NCBI GenBank assembly: GCA_963675785.1
Contig: OY776562.1
Span: 2,688,001-2,752,000 of the forward strand
Direction: 5' to 3'
Length of the DNA stretch: 64,000 nucleotides
DNA from: Anaerolineae bacterium
GTDB lineage: Bacteria > Chloroflexota > Anaerolineae > UBA1429
Part shown: positions 45,932-56,672 of the stretch, piece by piece
Layout of the letters: every line of letters begins with the position of its first letter
Numbering within the stretch: the stretch's first letter is position 1
Translations under genes and position numbers: made by a program
The notes under the pieces: model-generated
Told to the model about the DNA's origin: nothing
Seen by the model: the letters and a program-made list of their open reading frames with translations, nothing else
Database searches by the model: none

Positions 45932-47353
45932 ATGGCGAAACGCACCAAGATCGTATGCACACTCGGTCCAGCTACCAGTTCTCCGGATATCATTCGCCAA
46001 CTCATTCAAGCCGGTATGGATGTCGCCCGTCTGAATTTGTCGCATGGTTCTCATGAGGAACATGCCGAACGTATTCGGGTGCTCCGTGATGAGGCCAAAC
46101 TCGCCGGAAGGCCCATTGCCATACTTCTCGATTTGCAGGGACCCAAGATCAGGACGAGCTCCCTTGTAGACGGCAAGCCAGTTGAACTCATTGACGGGCA
46201 GGAGCTGATCATCACCACGGATTGCTGTGATGGCACTGCCGAGCGCGTTGGCACAAGCTATGAGAACCTAGCCCAGGACGTAAAACCGGGGGACAAGATT
46301 CTCGTATCTGATGGGCTTATTGAACTGCGCGTTCAAGAGGTGCGCGGACACGAAGTCATTACCACGGTGACCAACGGCGGTGAGCTTCGCGAACATCAGG
46401 GCATCAACCTGCCGGGTATTCGGATCAGTACGCCGGCCATCACCGAAAAAGATATGGAAGACCTGATCTTTGGCATCGAACAAGGTGTCGACTATGTGGG
46501 GCTTTCCTTTGTACGTAACCCCAGCGATATCATCGAGCTCAAAGAACTCATCAAACAGCACAGTGCCGAAACCAAGGTCATTGCCAAGTTAGAAAAGCCA
46601 GAAGCAATTGAGCATCTTGAGGCCATTGCCCACGTTTCTGACGGATTGATGGTGGCTCGGGGCGATCTGGGCGTCGAAATGTCGCCCGAAAAGGTCCCCG
46701 GTATTCAAAAAGAGATCATCCGTGTGGCTAATTCGTTGGCTTTACCGGTGATTACAGCCACCCAAATGCTAGAATCCATGATCCACAATCCCCAGCCTAC
46801 GCGTGCCGAAGTGAGCGACGTGGCCAACGCCATTTTTGATGGTACGGATGCGGTTATGCTGAGTGGAGAAACGGCTGTAGGCAAGTACCCGGTGAATGCC
46901 GTACGCATGATGAACCGAATTGCTAGCACATGCGACGCACAGGCGGCCAGCCTTGGGACACACAGGCCAAAGGACGAGTTTGAAGCGTTGGGTACTAGAC
47001 CGCAAGCCATCGGTGCAGCCGTAAGTGCCGTGGTGAACAGCATCCCTGTTAAGGCTCTTTGCGTTGTTACCAAAACCGGCAACAGCGCCCGTATGGCTGC
47101 TCATTATAGGCCAAACGTGCCCATCCTGGCTGTAACGCCTGATGAGGTTACTTCTAGAGAACTCTGTCTGTTCTGGGGGGTTGAGCCAGTGCTTTCTACT
47201 TATGCCCGCACCGAGCAAGAATATTATAACAAAGTGAGGCGACTAGTCATTGATCTAGGTTACTGTAAGACCGGCGACTATGTGGTGCTTACTGGGGGGC
47301 GCCCCATTGGCGATGGTGGGCCAACCAACTTTTTGGAGATTATGGGCATCTAG
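45932..47353 (+). CDS. pyk: Pyruvate kinase
   Basis: RTKIVCTLGPA, LDLQGPKIR, MVARGDLGVE, ATQMLESM, DAVMLSGETA. Confidence 0.98.
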   Translation: MAKRTKIVCTLGPATSSPDIIRQLIQAGMDVARLNLSHGSHEEHAERIRVLRDEAKLAGRPIAILLDLQGPKIRTSSLVDGKPVELIDGQELIITTDCCDGTAERVGTSYENLAQDVKPGDKILVSDGLIELRVQEVRGHEVITTVTNGGELREHQGINLPGIRISTPAITEKDMEDLIFGIEQGVDYVGLSFVRNPSDIIELKELIKQHSAETKVIAKLEKPEAIEHLEAIAHVSDGLMVARGDLGVEMSPEKVPGIQKEIIRVANSLALPVITATQMLESMIHNPQPTRAEVSDVANAIFDGTDAVMLSGETAVGKYPVNAVRMMNRIASTCDAQAASLGTHRPKDEFEALGTRPQAIGAAVSAVVNSIPVKALCVVTKTGNSARMAAHYRPNVPILAVTPDEVTSRELCLFWGVEPVLSTYARTEQEYYNKVRRLVIDLGYCKTGDYVVLTGGRPIGDGGPTNFLEIMGI

Positions 47354-48063
47354 TTGGCCCAATCCGGAACAAGACGGGATGCTTGTTGCAGATCCCGCCG
47401 ACAACTATTGGCATCAGGTACAAAACGCCGTACGAGTTGCCAAAAAGCTTGGGAATGATTCAATTCGACTGTATGGCACAGCTCATGAACCAGTACATAG
47501 CGTACCAGCCGAGGGGGTAAAAACAACAGCTTGTAATTGAGACTGACCGTGCCTGACGAGGAATAGCTTCCCCAGCGGGTCTTTTGCCCGCGAATGACCA
47601 CGCGCGAATAACCAAAGCCGCACTGAGCAGCTAGACGATCGAGTGCGGCGGTAAACGAGCGCTTGGCCCGTCGCTTTAACCAACGAATCAGAGCCTCTCG
47701 GCACGCCTGCTGATCACTCACGTTGCCACTGACAAGCAACACCCCTGGTTTTTGTTCCCGCACAGCGACGCTGTCCTGCTCTGCTGTGCGATAGATCACA
47801 CGCCACGTCTCACCAACCACCGGCAGCTTGATCTCGTGGGGTAGCCGGGCCTCTGCCGCACTCGCTGGCGCCTGATTGAGCCGTGTTAGATGCTTTTCCA
47901 CCCAATCGCGCTTTTGCTCAACAATCTCTGGAATGAGACTATGATCAAAACCAGGCGGCACAACTACTACAAGACCAACCTGCGGGGATATCGTCAAAGA
48001 GATATTCCGTGCCCGTTTGCTCTCGCGAACCGAATACTCGATTGGACTCAACCGAACCTCCAA
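47350..48063 (-). CDS. YgjP/DUF45 (M48/SprT-like) metal-dependent hydrolase
   Basis: QKTRWGS, YVLVHELCH...NHSQAFW. Confidence 0.88.
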   Translation of the reverse strand: MEVRLSPIEYSVRESKRARNISLTISPQVGLVVVVPPGFDHSLIPEIVEQKRDWVEKHLTRLNQAPASAAEARLPHEIKLPVVGETWRVIYRTAEQDSVAVREQKPGVLLVSGNVSDQQACREALIRWLKRRAKRSFTAALDRLAAQCGFGYSRVVIRGQKTRWGSYSSSGTVSLNYKLLFLPPRLVRYVLVHELCHTVELNHSQAFWQLVRRFVPDANSCRRDLQQASRLVPDWAN

Positions 48064-48108
48064 TTAGGCCTAGTTCTTGTATTCTATCGTACAAGGGCAA
48101 GATATGAA

Positions 48109-48135
48109 AAGGGCCCTCGCTAAGCGAGGGCCCTT
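48109..48135 (-). terminator. Terminator after the glutamate synthase-like gene
   Basis: AAGGGCCCTCGC/GCGAGGGCCCTT with flanking A-run. Confidence 0.75.
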
Positions 48136-48146
48136 GGGTTCATCAC

Positions 48147-49739
48147 CTAGCCGGCAATGATGCCGTATGCCTCATCACGATAAGCATCCATCACATAAGC
48201 AATACCGGTCACATCTTCAGCTTCACGCGTAAGGGACATGATGTCCTTACGGGCGATGCTCGGCAGAGAGAAATTGCGGCTGCCGGCCATGAGCTGCTGT
48301 AAACCGACTTGGAGTTTGTCAACATAGGTGTACCAGCCCACAGCACCGAGCGGCAGTTCATTCACCTCATCGCCAAAACGCTCCTTGAGGGTCTCATAGG
48401 TCACAAATATCTCTTCAACCGAATCGCCAAACTGGCTCACAGTGCGCGGAAGTTTGCCTTCTTTCAGCCACATACCAATATTTTTGCCGACCATACCAGG
48501 GATCATGATGGCCCGACCGAGACACACGGCGGTCACATACGGTGCTCCCATAGCCAACACCTTAAACATGTGATCCTCTGTAGAGAGACCACCGCCTATC
48601 GCCAGATCGGGGATATAGGCACCACGTTCGGCTAGCTTGTTGCAGAGGTCATAGGTCATGGCTTCGAGGTAAACGGTGGGCACACCCCACTCTACCATCA
48701 TCCGCCAGGGGCTCATGCCCGTGCCGCCAGAGGCGCCGTCGATGGTGAGCAGGTCGATGCCAGCATCCGACGACCACTTGAGTGCCATGGCCAGTTCGCG
48801 CATGGGGTAGGCACCAGTCTTGAGAGTAACGCGCTTAGCCCCCAGGCCACGAAGGCGCTCTACCTCTCGGGCAAACGAGTCTTCATCGACAAAACCAAGG
48901 CGTGAATGACGCTCAAACTGTTTGAGGGCGCCATCCTTGTAGGCCTGCTGAATGGCCAGATTCGAAGGATCTGGCGTTACCAGGTAACCACGCCGTTGTA
49001 GTTCGAGTGCCCGCTCCAGCGAATTCACTTTGATCTCGCCGCCGATACACTTGGCGCCCTGGCCCCATTTGAGCTCGATCGTCTCGACGCCCAGCTTTTC
49101 GATGGCGTATTCAGCCACACCAAAACGCGTATCTTCAACGTTCATCTGCACATGAATATCGCCGCGGCCATCATACCAGCGCCGATAAGTCTCTACTCTA
49201 CGTTTGAGCTCGGGTGAGTTGACCACCTTGCCATCAGCATTTAGCTCCAAACCAGGGTCAATGCCGCACACATTCTCACCGCAAGTTAGCACTACACCCG
49301 AGATAGCCGCACCGGCAGCAAAATGCTCCCAGTTAGCCCGCGCCACCTCAGTTGAACCTAATGCGCCCGAAATAATGGGCATGGTGAGGAGCTCTTTGTT
49401 GGTATTGCCAATCTCACGCTCAGTAGAGACCATGGTGAACAGGGTGTTATCCGGCGTCCCCTCTACACCATCGGGCAATCCCTCAGCACCCAGTGCATAG
49501 CCCTGCACGTTGAAATGCGAGAAATCTACGGGATAGTCTTTATTGCCACCAGCCGTAATCTCACCAAACGGGCCGGGGTAAATCACCTCACGTCCGCGGA
49601 ACGTGGACTTGAAAACTTCACAGTTTCCCGTGCAGCCGTCCACGCAGCGTGTGCATAGGCCAGATTGCGGGACAACGTCCCTGGATCGGTTAGAAGTCTG
49701 GGATATTTCGCTGGAATTGGGACGGGCCAAGTTTGCCAT
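48147..49739 (-). CDS. FMN-binding glutamate synthase family protein (stand-alone, N-terminal Cys cluster)
   Basis: CTRCVDGCTGNC, IELKWGQGAK..GGE, TIDGASGGTGMSP, GGG. AAGGAG precedes ATG 49739. Confidence 0.9.
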   Translation of the reverse strand: MANLARPNSSEISQTSNRSRDVVPQSGLCTRCVDGCTGNCEVFKSTFRGREVIYPGPFGEITAGGNKDYPVDFSHFNVQGYALGAEGLPDGVEGTPDNTLFTMVSTEREIGNTNKELLTMPIISGALGSTEVARANWEHFAAGAAISGVVLTCGENVCGIDPGLELNADGKVVNSPELKRRVETYRRWYDGRGDIHVQMNVEDTRFGVAEYAIEKLGVETIELKWGQGAKCIGGEIKVNSLERALELQRRGYLVTPDPSNLAIQQAYKDGALKQFERHSRLGFVDEDSFAREVERLRGLGAKRVTLKTGAYPMRELAMALKWSSDAGIDLLTIDGASGGTGMSPWRMMVEWGVPTVYLEAMTYDLCNKLAERGAYIPDLAIGGGLSTEDHMFKVLAMGAPYVTAVCLGRAIMIPGMVGKNIGMWLKEGKLPRTVSQFGDSVEEIFVTYETLKERFGDEVNELPLGAVGWYTYVDKLQVGLQQLMAGSRNFSLPSIARKDIMSLTREAEDVTGIAYVMDAYRDEAYGIIAG

Positions 49740-50053
49740 GGTATTACTCCTTCTGAATGACGGAAACACAAATAACGTGACGAAAACCAACACCTGTCAC
49801 TTTTTCCGCCACAACGGGGAATCAGACGGGGACACTCCACAGCTCTGTGGCCGCCTCGCTGGCCGAGGTAAGAGTATTGTCGGAAATGCACAATCTCTAT
49901 AGGTCAACATGACTAATTTTAGTCGGGTTCCCTTGCTATTTCAACTTGTAGAGTTCAAGAAGAGCTTTTGAACATTCCAAAGATGGGAAAAAGAAAAACA
50001 GAGCACATACAAAGCGCTCTGTTTTTATGAAAGGGAATGACCATTCTTTAGGA

Positions 50054-51040
50054 CTATATCCAGCCCCGCTTTCGCATCCAACTGAACATACTGACCGGCA
50101 AAGCCACGATGGCAACAAGCCCAACAATAAACACTGGCTGACTGGTCCACGCAGAAAAGTCAACCGTCGGTTGAAAAAAGTTCATCCCCCAAAAACCCGT
50201 CAAAAAGGAAAGGGGCATGAATAGTGTGGTGATGATGGTCAATACTTTCATCACATCGTTCATACGATTGTTGATGACGGAAAGATACGTCTCTAGTACG
50301 CCGCCTAATAGATCACGCAAGCTTTCGGTGATGTCATAGAGGCGCACCAGGTGATCATAAATATCGCGAAAGAACACGCGATCCTTATCTCCGACAAGAG
50401 CATAATCGCCACGGGCCAGCTTGTTGATAACCTCTCGCTGAGGCGCAATCATTCGCCTGAGGCGAAGCAGCGAGCGCTTGAGTGTAAACACTTGCTCCAA
50501 CAACTCGTTGGCGGGGTTATTAAAAACATCATCCTCGATATCGTCGATAGCCTGATCGAGGGATTCTATTACCGGCATATAGTCAGCTACCAGCTCATCT
50601 GCAATCCTATACATTAAATAAGCTGCATTGTTACTGCGCAGATGATGATCGCTTTGTGTAACAACTCCCCAGATACGTTCCACAGCCTCCAGAGGGCGAG
50701 GCTGGTAAGTCACAATATAGTTGGCACCCCAGAATACGTCGAGCTCTTCAGTGGTGATTTGCCAAGCGTTCTCAGGATCAAGAACGACTGCGTGCAACGT
50801 AAGATAAAGATACTCGCCCCAGTCATTCAGCCTGGGGGTGTGTGTTTCCTGTAATGCATCTTCAACAGAAAGTGGGTGAAAACCGAAAACATCCAACAAA
50901 ATAGGCTGGCACTCGTTGACATCCTCAGAGACAATGTGAACCCACAGCATCCCCTCTTTATCCTGCAATGCGGCAGAGATTTTATCTGCGTCGAGATTCA
51001 ATGTACCAGAAATGCTCGACCAATAGGCAGAACGAATCAT
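50054..51040 (-). CDS. corA: Magnesium/cobalt transporter CorA
   Basis: FGFHPLSVED, FRDIYDHL, MNDVMKVLT, GMNF. Confidence 0.93.
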   Translation of the reverse strand: MIRSAYWSSISGTLNLDADKISAALQDKEGMLWVHIVSEDVNECQPILLDVFGFHPLSVEDALQETHTPRLNDWGEYLYLTLHAVVLDPENAWQITTEELDVFWGANYIVTYQPRPLEAVERIWGVVTQSDHHLRSNNAAYLMYRIADELVADYMPVIESLDQAIDDIEDDVFNNPANELLEQVFTLKRSLLRLRRMIAPQREVINKLARGDYALVGDKDRVFFRDIYDHLVRLYDITESLRDLLGGVLETYLSVINNRMNDVMKVLTIITTLFMPLSFLTGFWGMNFFQPTVDFSAWTSQPVFIVGLVAIVALPVSMFSWMRKRGWI

Positions 51041-51153
51041 GTCCCCCTCCCCACTATAGGATGGCAAGCTACTGATTCATTATGAGGCGCACATCCATAT
51101 GCGATCGACCAAAGTATACGTCTAGAATCAAAGACGTACAGAAGCAAGTGTGG

Positions 51154-52680
51154 CTAGGAGAATTCCTGTCGCCTATATTGAAGAGCTTCTGCCAGATGCG
51201 TCACCTCGATTTGAACAGAGCCAGCCAGATCGGCGATAGTGCGAGCGAGTTTGAGCACGCGGTGATAGCCACGTGCAGAAAGGCCGAGTTGAATGGTGGC
51301 TGCCCGAATGATCGCCCGCCCCTGCTCGTCCAACACACACTGTTTGCGTATTTCGCCAGGTCCCATATCAGCATTACTCTGAAGCGCTGTGCCCTTGAAG
51401 CGTTCACGTTGGATCTCGCGAGCCTTTTCCACGCGCTCGCGAATCGCAAGAGAGGATTCTCCCGGCTCCAGCCCAGAGATTTTTTCATAGGGAACACGTG
51501 GTACGGCCATATGAATATCGATGCGATCAAGTAACGGCCCTGAAACTCGCTTTTGATAGCCCTCGATCTGGCCACGCGAACAGGTGCACTCGTGGGTTTC
51601 ATCGCCGTAATAGCCGCATGGACAGGGATTCATGGCGGCAATAAGCATACAGTTCGCCGGAAAACTCAACGACCCTGAAGCTCGCGAAATGGTGACCACG
51701 TGATCTTCCAATGGTTGCCGTAGCACTTCGAGCGTCCGTTGGCCGAATTCGGGCAGCTCATCCAAAAAGAGCACGCCACGATGTGCTAGCGAAATCTCAC
51801 CGGGGCGAGGCCAATTGCCGCCGCCAACCAATCCCGCCTGCGAGATGGTGTGGTGCGGAGCGCGGAAAGGCCGGCGGGTAAGCAGCGGCTCGTCAGAGGG
51901 AAGCAAACCCGCAACAGAGTATATTCGCGTCACATCCAAAGCCTCGTTGATGTCCAGCCTCGGTAGAATAGAGGGCATCGACCGGGCCAGAAGCGTTTTA
52001 CCCGACCCGGGAGGTCCCACCATCAGTGCACAATGCCCCCCTGCTGCGGCAACCTCCAGAGCGCGCTTGACGTGTTCCTGGCCTCGAATTTCGGAAAAAT
52101 CGCTGGCATATTCTGGCTTGAGTAGATTCAAGTCGGCAGACGCCCCATCATCACAGGGTTCAATCAACATCAGGTTGTTCAGGTGCATAGCCAACTCTGC
52201 GAGAGAGGTAACTGGAATCACCTCAAGGCCAGGCACCAATGCAGCCTCAGGCGCATCCACTGCCGGCACATAAGCCACCTTGATGCCCTGTTCGCAGGCG
52301 TGCGAAGCCATGGAGATGACGCCGTTGACATGCCGCAATGAGCCATCTAGTGAAAGTTCGCCAATAAAGATGGATTCGGCAAATTCCAAAGGAAGTTGAT
52401 TCGCTCCAGCCAGAATACCCACAGCAATGGGCAGATCAAAAGCCGGACCGTTCTTGCGCAAATCGGCCGGTGCAAGATTCACCGTCACCCGCTGTTGCGG
52501 AAATTGCAGACCCGAATTGACGATGGCCGAGCGAACTCGCTCACGCGATTCCTGAACGGCCGCTCCGGGCAGCCCCACCATATCAAAGCGGCCAATCTGT
52601 CCACGGTGTACATCGACTTCGACATCAATCAAAACACCCTCGAGTCCAATGAGGGCGCAGCTTTTGATTCTAGCCAGCAT
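51154..52680 (-). CDS. comM: YifB/ComM family Mg-chelatase-like AAA+ ATPase
   Basis: VGLPGAAVQESRERVR, GPPGSGKT, RAPHHT, HRGVLFLDELPEF, NPCPCG. Confidence 0.93.
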   Translation of the reverse strand: MLARIKSCALIGLEGVLIDVEVDVHRGQIGRFDMVGLPGAAVQESRERVRSAIVNSGLQFPQQRVTVNLAPADLRKNGPAFDLPIAVGILAGANQLPLEFAESIFIGELSLDGSLRHVNGVISMASHACEQGIKVAYVPAVDAPEAALVPGLEVIPVTSLAELAMHLNNLMLIEPCDDGASADLNLLKPEYASDFSEIRGQEHVKRALEVAAAGGHCALMVGPPGSGKTLLARSMPSILPRLDINEALDVTRIYSVAGLLPSDEPLLTRRPFRAPHHTISQAGLVGGGNWPRPGEISLAHRGVLFLDELPEFGQRTLEVLRQPLEDHVVTISRASGSLSFPANCMLIAAMNPCPCGYYGDETHECTCSRGQIEGYQKRVSGPLLDRIDIHMAVPRVPYEKISGLEPGESSLAIRERVEKAREIQRERFKGTALQSNADMGPGEIRKQCVLDEQGRAIIRAATIQLGLSARGYHRVLKLARTIADLAGSVQIEVTHLAEALQYRRQEFS

Positions 52681-52774
52681 GTCTTGCTCCTTGTTATCAC
52701 AGCCTATGCCACTCTACCACGCCAAAGCTATGTTTTCCAACTCATTTTGTTCTCTTACATGACAAGAAGGGATA

Positions 52775-52803
52775 TTGACAGGCTATGGGCCCAAATCTAG
52801 ACT
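52775..52803 (+). promoter_or_regulatory. Putative promoter of nnr
   Basis: TTGACA-17 nt-TAGACT. Confidence 0.55.
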
Positions 52804-52832
52804 GGTAATAATCCTATGATGAGGAGTACCTA

Positions 52833-54476
52833 ATGAAGATCGTCTCGATTGAACAAATGCGTGCTCTTGAGGCTGAAACAAATAACAGAGGCGTAAGCTA
52901 TGCTCAAATGATGGAATGTGCAGGTCGCGCTGTGGCCGATGAAACTATAAAAAGAACCCAACTTGATAGCCCAGTCCTCGTGTTAGTTGGCCCTGGCAAC
53001 AATGGCGGCGATGGATTGGTCGCCGCACGATACCTCGCCTTGCGAGGCTATGACACAGCCATTTACATCTGGAACCGTGCCCCGCAACAGGATCCCAACC
53101 TGGATGCAGCACAAGAGCTCAACATTCCCATCTTTTACGCGACTGACGACCCTGGCTTTACTGAGCTCAGTCGCCTGGCCAGTGAGTGTCTGATCATTGA
53201 TGCCTTGTTGGGAACAGGGGCTCAAGGCGAGTTACGCCCAGCACTGCGTGAACTCATCAAGACAGTCCGACGAGCTCGGACAGCGGAGACCAAGAGTATT
53301 TTTACCATCATGCCCCAAGCTCACTGCTGCCGCACCGGCAACAAGCCCCTCGTCATCGCTGTGGACGTACCAACAGGTTTGGACGCCGATAGCGGTTGGG
53401 CTGACCCTGATACATTGCCAGCGGATGTAACGGTCACCTTTGTCGCTCCAAAGAGCGGTCATCTAGGGGCAAACAGTCATCTACTGGGCGAATTGCTTGT
53501 CGCCGATATCGGCGTCCCTCAAGACCTGCTAGAGGACATTCCGCTGCGTCTGGCAGATACAGCACTTATTGCCGGTCTTTTACCAGCACGCCCCGAGGAT
53601 TCGCACAAAGGGACGTTTGGACGGGTGCTTATCATTGGCGGCTCTGCCAATTATGTGGGGGCTCCCTGTCTTTCCGCTCAAGCAGCCTATCGCGCTGGCG
53701 CCGGATTGGTCACGCTAGCCGTACCAAGCTCCGTTGCTGGCAGTGTCAGCCGCGTCACCGAAGCTACCCTGCTACACCTGCCCAGCGATATGGGGGCCAT
53801 CATTCCCCGCGCCCTCGGGATTGTGGCAGAGGTAATCTCGACAGTCAAAGCTTTGTTGGTTGGCCCCGGCCTGGGCACTGATCCCCAGACAAGCGAATTC
53901 GTTAAAAGCCTAGTAGCAGGGCATCTCAATGGAATTGACAAGCCCGTGGGCTTTGTGTCCGGGCAGTCTACGAGAGCGCCTTTCGATTTACCTCCTATGG
54001 TGCTAGATGCCGATGCGCTTAACCATTTAGCAAACACGCCCAGCTGGTGGGAAAACACAGCCGCGCCACTAATCCTCACCCCACACCCTGGCGAGATGGC
54101 CCGATTGCTGAATACAACGACCGCCGAGATACAAGCCCACAGGCAAGACTATGCCACCCGTGCCGCCGAAAAGTGGAATGTCATGGTAGTGCTCAAGGGG
54201 GCTCATACCGTCATTGCTTCGCCGCAGGGACATATCACACTGCTTCCCTTTGCCAATCCCGCCCTGGCAACGGCTGGCACTGGTGATGTACTGGCCGGAA
54301 CCATTGCTTCCTTTTTGGCGCAAGGCCTATCCTGTGAAGATGCCGCCCTATGCGGTAGTTACATCCACGGCTTGGCGGGCGAGTTGCGCAGAAAGGAAAT
54401 CGGCGAGGCGGGTCTTTTGGCGGGCGACCTTTTGCCATTGATTCCTCAGGCGCTACGCCTAACCAAACAAGCATAG
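52833..54476 (+). CDS. nnr: Bifunctional NAD(P)H-hydrate epimerase/dehydratase
   Basis: GPGNNGGDG, DALLGTG, AVDVPTG, HKGTFG, TPHPGEM, AGTGDVL. Confidence 0.93.
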   Translation: MKIVSIEQMRALEAETNNRGVSYAQMMECAGRAVADETIKRTQLDSPVLVLVGPGNNGGDGLVAARYLALRGYDTAIYIWNRAPQQDPNLDAAQELNIPIFYATDDPGFTELSRLASECLIIDALLGTGAQGELRPALRELIKTVRRARTAETKSIFTIMPQAHCCRTGNKPLVIAVDVPTGLDADSGWADPDTLPADVTVTFVAPKSGHLGANSHLLGELLVADIGVPQDLLEDIPLRLADTALIAGLLPARPEDSHKGTFGRVLIIGGSANYVGAPCLSAQAAYRAGAGLVTLAVPSSVAGSVSRVTEATLLHLPSDMGAIIPRALGIVAEVISTVKALLVGPGLGTDPQTSEFVKSLVAGHLNGIDKPVGFVSGQSTRAPFDLPPMVLDADALNHLANTPSWWENTAAPLILTPHPGEMARLLNTTTAEIQAHRQDYATRAAEKWNVMVVLKGAHTVIASPQGHITLLPFANPALATAGTGDVLAGTIASFLAQGLSCEDAALCGSYIHGLAGELRRKEIGEAGLLAGDLLPLIPQALRLTKQA

Positions 54477-54479
54477 AAA

Positions 54480-54505
54480 AACGGGCCGCCCAAAGGCGGC
54501 CCGTT
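54480..54505. terminator. Terminator hairpin between convergent genes
   Basis: AACGGGCCGCC/GGCGGCCCGTT. Confidence 0.75.
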
Positions 54506-54524
54506 AAGCAATCTTGTAGAAAAG

Positions 54525-54884
54525 CTAGAGCTCTATTTCGGCAACTTCGATCGAGCCGTCATCCTCTTTGCCCATATCTGGGTTTTCGATCTGCTGCAAC
54601 AGCTCTTCTTTGCGACGGGCAGCTGCCTCTTTGCCCTCCTGAATGGCCACTTGAATGCGACCGCGCTGTTCCTCAACGAAACCACGCCCACGAGAAGCAA
54701 AGCTGTGAACCGCTTCTGGATCACCGGAAATTTCTGCAGCGCGCTGCTCCAGCTCAATGCCCTTTTCCTTGATCTGCTCTCGGAGCTCGGATCCGCTAGA
54801 AGGTGCAAACATCAAGGCCGCCGCGGCGCCAGATACTGCCCCCAGGATAAAACCAATAACAAAACCCCCAGATCTGTTGCTCAT
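54525..54884 (-). CDS. YtxH-domain protein
   Basis: FVIGFILGAVSGAAAALMFAPSSGSELREQI. Confidence 0.88.
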   Translation of the reverse strand: MSNRSGGFVIGFILGAVSGAAAALMFAPSSGSELREQIKEKGIELEQRAAEISGDPEAVHSFASRGRGFVEEQRGRIQVAIQEGKEAAARRKEELLQQIENPDMGKEDDGSIEVAEIEL

Positions 54885-55280
54885 TTACAGTACCTCCTCA
54901 TCCTTCAAAGCCGAGGTTCTCTTATTCACCTGGCCGTTATCTGGCACATCGATTTCAATTTCTTCATCCACAACAGGTTCTGAACGAACGGGGCCGACCT
55001 TGCGGCCTATCGCAAAAAGCGTGTGCAGCGCCTGCATAGTGCCAGCATAATAACTCTTGATCTTGATCAAGGGGGTAACTACCGTCTCACTCACGAATTG
55101 AGTAGTTCCCTTGACGTTCTTAACCGTATCATTGGCCGATTCGAGCATCGGTTTGATTTCTTCCTGAAGCATACGGATCAGTTTTCGAATCTGGATCAGC
55201 AGCACCGTCAACAGGACGCCGATGACGATGGATTCGACTGCTAAAAGGATGATTGCCACATCTCTGGTTCCGGCAAGCAA
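54885..55280 (-). CDS. Membrane protein (YtxG/DUF948-like)
   Basis: One TM helix followed by a coiled segment; directly upstream of the YtxH gene. Confidence 0.65.
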   Translation of the reverse strand: MLAGTRDVAIILLAVESIVIGVLLTVLLIQIRKLIRMLQEEIKPMLESANDTVKNVKGTTQFVSETVVTPLIKIKSYYAGTMQALHTLFAIGRKVGPVRSEPVVDEEIEIDVPDNGQVNKRTSALKDEEVL

Positions 55281-55322
55281 CTTACTAGACCTCCTTGACT
55301 GGTCTGCCTACGCCACAGTATA

Positions 55323-55577
55323 TCACAAGCCCAGCCAGCGAACAATGAACATCGCCAACCAGCTTCCAACCGTTCCTTCAACAGCATGAACATCGCCCAA
55401 TTGAAGAAAAGAAAGCCCCAAAAGATCTGCGACATAATGGCCAATAAAGAAGCCTGCCAGTGAGGCAATCCAGTAGAGAAAGAGATCCGGCAATTTTTTG
55501 CCGCATAGGGCATAACAGATGCCTGCCCACAATGTCGCCAACACCGATCCAATCAGGAAAATGGGTGAGCTAAACAC
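55323..55577 (-). CDS. Small integral membrane protein
   Basis: Three hydrophobic segments; GGAGG precedes GTG. Confidence 0.65.
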   Translation of the reverse strand: MFSSPIFLIGSVLATLWAGICYALCGKKLPDLFLYWIASLAGFFIGHYVADLLGLSFLQLGDVHAVEGTVGSWLAMFIVRWLGL

Positions 55578-55598
55578 CTCGCCTGACCTCCTGAGTAC

Positions 55599-56672
55599 CT
55601 ACGTGGATTGTGCAATTATACCGCCCCCGATGACGCGACTGCCTTCATAAAGGACGACAGCCTGACCGGGGGTAATATCGCGAAGAGATGTATCAAACTC
55701 GATCCGTGCTGCCTCAGCTCCGAGCGCATAATAGGTGCAACCTGTCGGCTTGCCCTGATAACGAATCTGAGCTTCAAAGCGGCTGCCGTCTTGAGGGGTT
55801 ATACCCTCTATATAGGCCATGTTTTCTGCCACAAGGCCTGAACGTCCCAACTCTTCTATATATCCTACGATAACAGCGTTTTGTAAAGGGTCAAGCTCCA
55901 AAACATACAGGGCCGCAGGAGCAGAAACGCCCAAGCCACCTCGCTGGCCAATGGTATACGCGGCTAGCCCCTGATGAGTGCCTAACCGATTGCCCCACTT
56001 GTCCAGAATAGGGCCAGGATTAAAGGCCTGTGGCGCATGTTCGGCTACAAAACGACGATAGTCGCCATCACAAGAAAAGCACAAGTCCTGGCTCTCGGCT
56101 TTTTCTGCGTTGGGCAAAGACAACTCGGTGGCCAAAATACGCACACGGTCCTTGGCCAACTCTCCAAGGGGGAATAGAATCCTCCCCAGTTGTCTTTGGT
56201 TCAGGCGGTGCAAGAAATAAGATTGATCCTTGCGCTCATCCATACCACGATGTAGTTCCCAGCCTGTCTCACTCTGCAAAATCTTGGCGTAATGGCCGGT
56301 GGCAAGGTAATTCAAGCCCAAATCATCAAGTGCTGCCAGCAATACGCCGAATTTTGTTGTGGGGTTGCAATAGACGCAGGGATTTGGTGTTCGGCCTTGT
56401 GCATATTCACTTATAAATGGCGTAACCACCTGATTATAGAACTGTTGTCTGGCATCCAGTGTGATATGAGGAATGCCAAGATGAATACAAACATCCCGGG
56501 CTTCGTGCGCGGGCGAATAGCCGCACTCGTGCCAAAACTCGAGTGTTGCGCCGGTAACCTCATAGCCTTGTTGAACCAGCAACGCCGCCGTAACAGCGCT
56601 GTCCAGCCCCCCACTCATGGCTACAAGCACCCGAGGGTGCTTGGAATCCTTTCTAGCTCTCTGCCGGGGCAT
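55599..56672 (-). CDS. mnmA: tRNA 2-thiouridylase
   Basis: AMSGGLDS, GRTPNPCVYCN, ATGHYA, KDQSYFL, ESQDLCF, TIGQR, TPGQA. Confidence 0.96.
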   Translation of the reverse strand: MPRQRARKDSKHPRVLVAMSGGLDSAVTAALLVQQGYEVTGATLEFWHECGYSPAHEARDVCIHLGIPHITLDARQQFYNQVVTPFISEYAQGRTPNPCVYCNPTTKFGVLLAALDDLGLNYLATGHYAKILQSETGWELHRGMDERKDQSYFLHRLNQRQLGRILFPLGELAKDRVRILATELSLPNAEKAESQDLCFSCDGDYRRFVAEHAPQAFNPGPILDKWGNRLGTHQGLAAYTIGQRGGLGVSAPAALYVLELDPLQNAVIVGYIEELGRSGLVAENMAYIEGITPQDGSRFEAQIRYQGKPTGCTYYALGAEAARIEFDTSLRDITPGQAVVLYEGSRVIGGGIIAQST

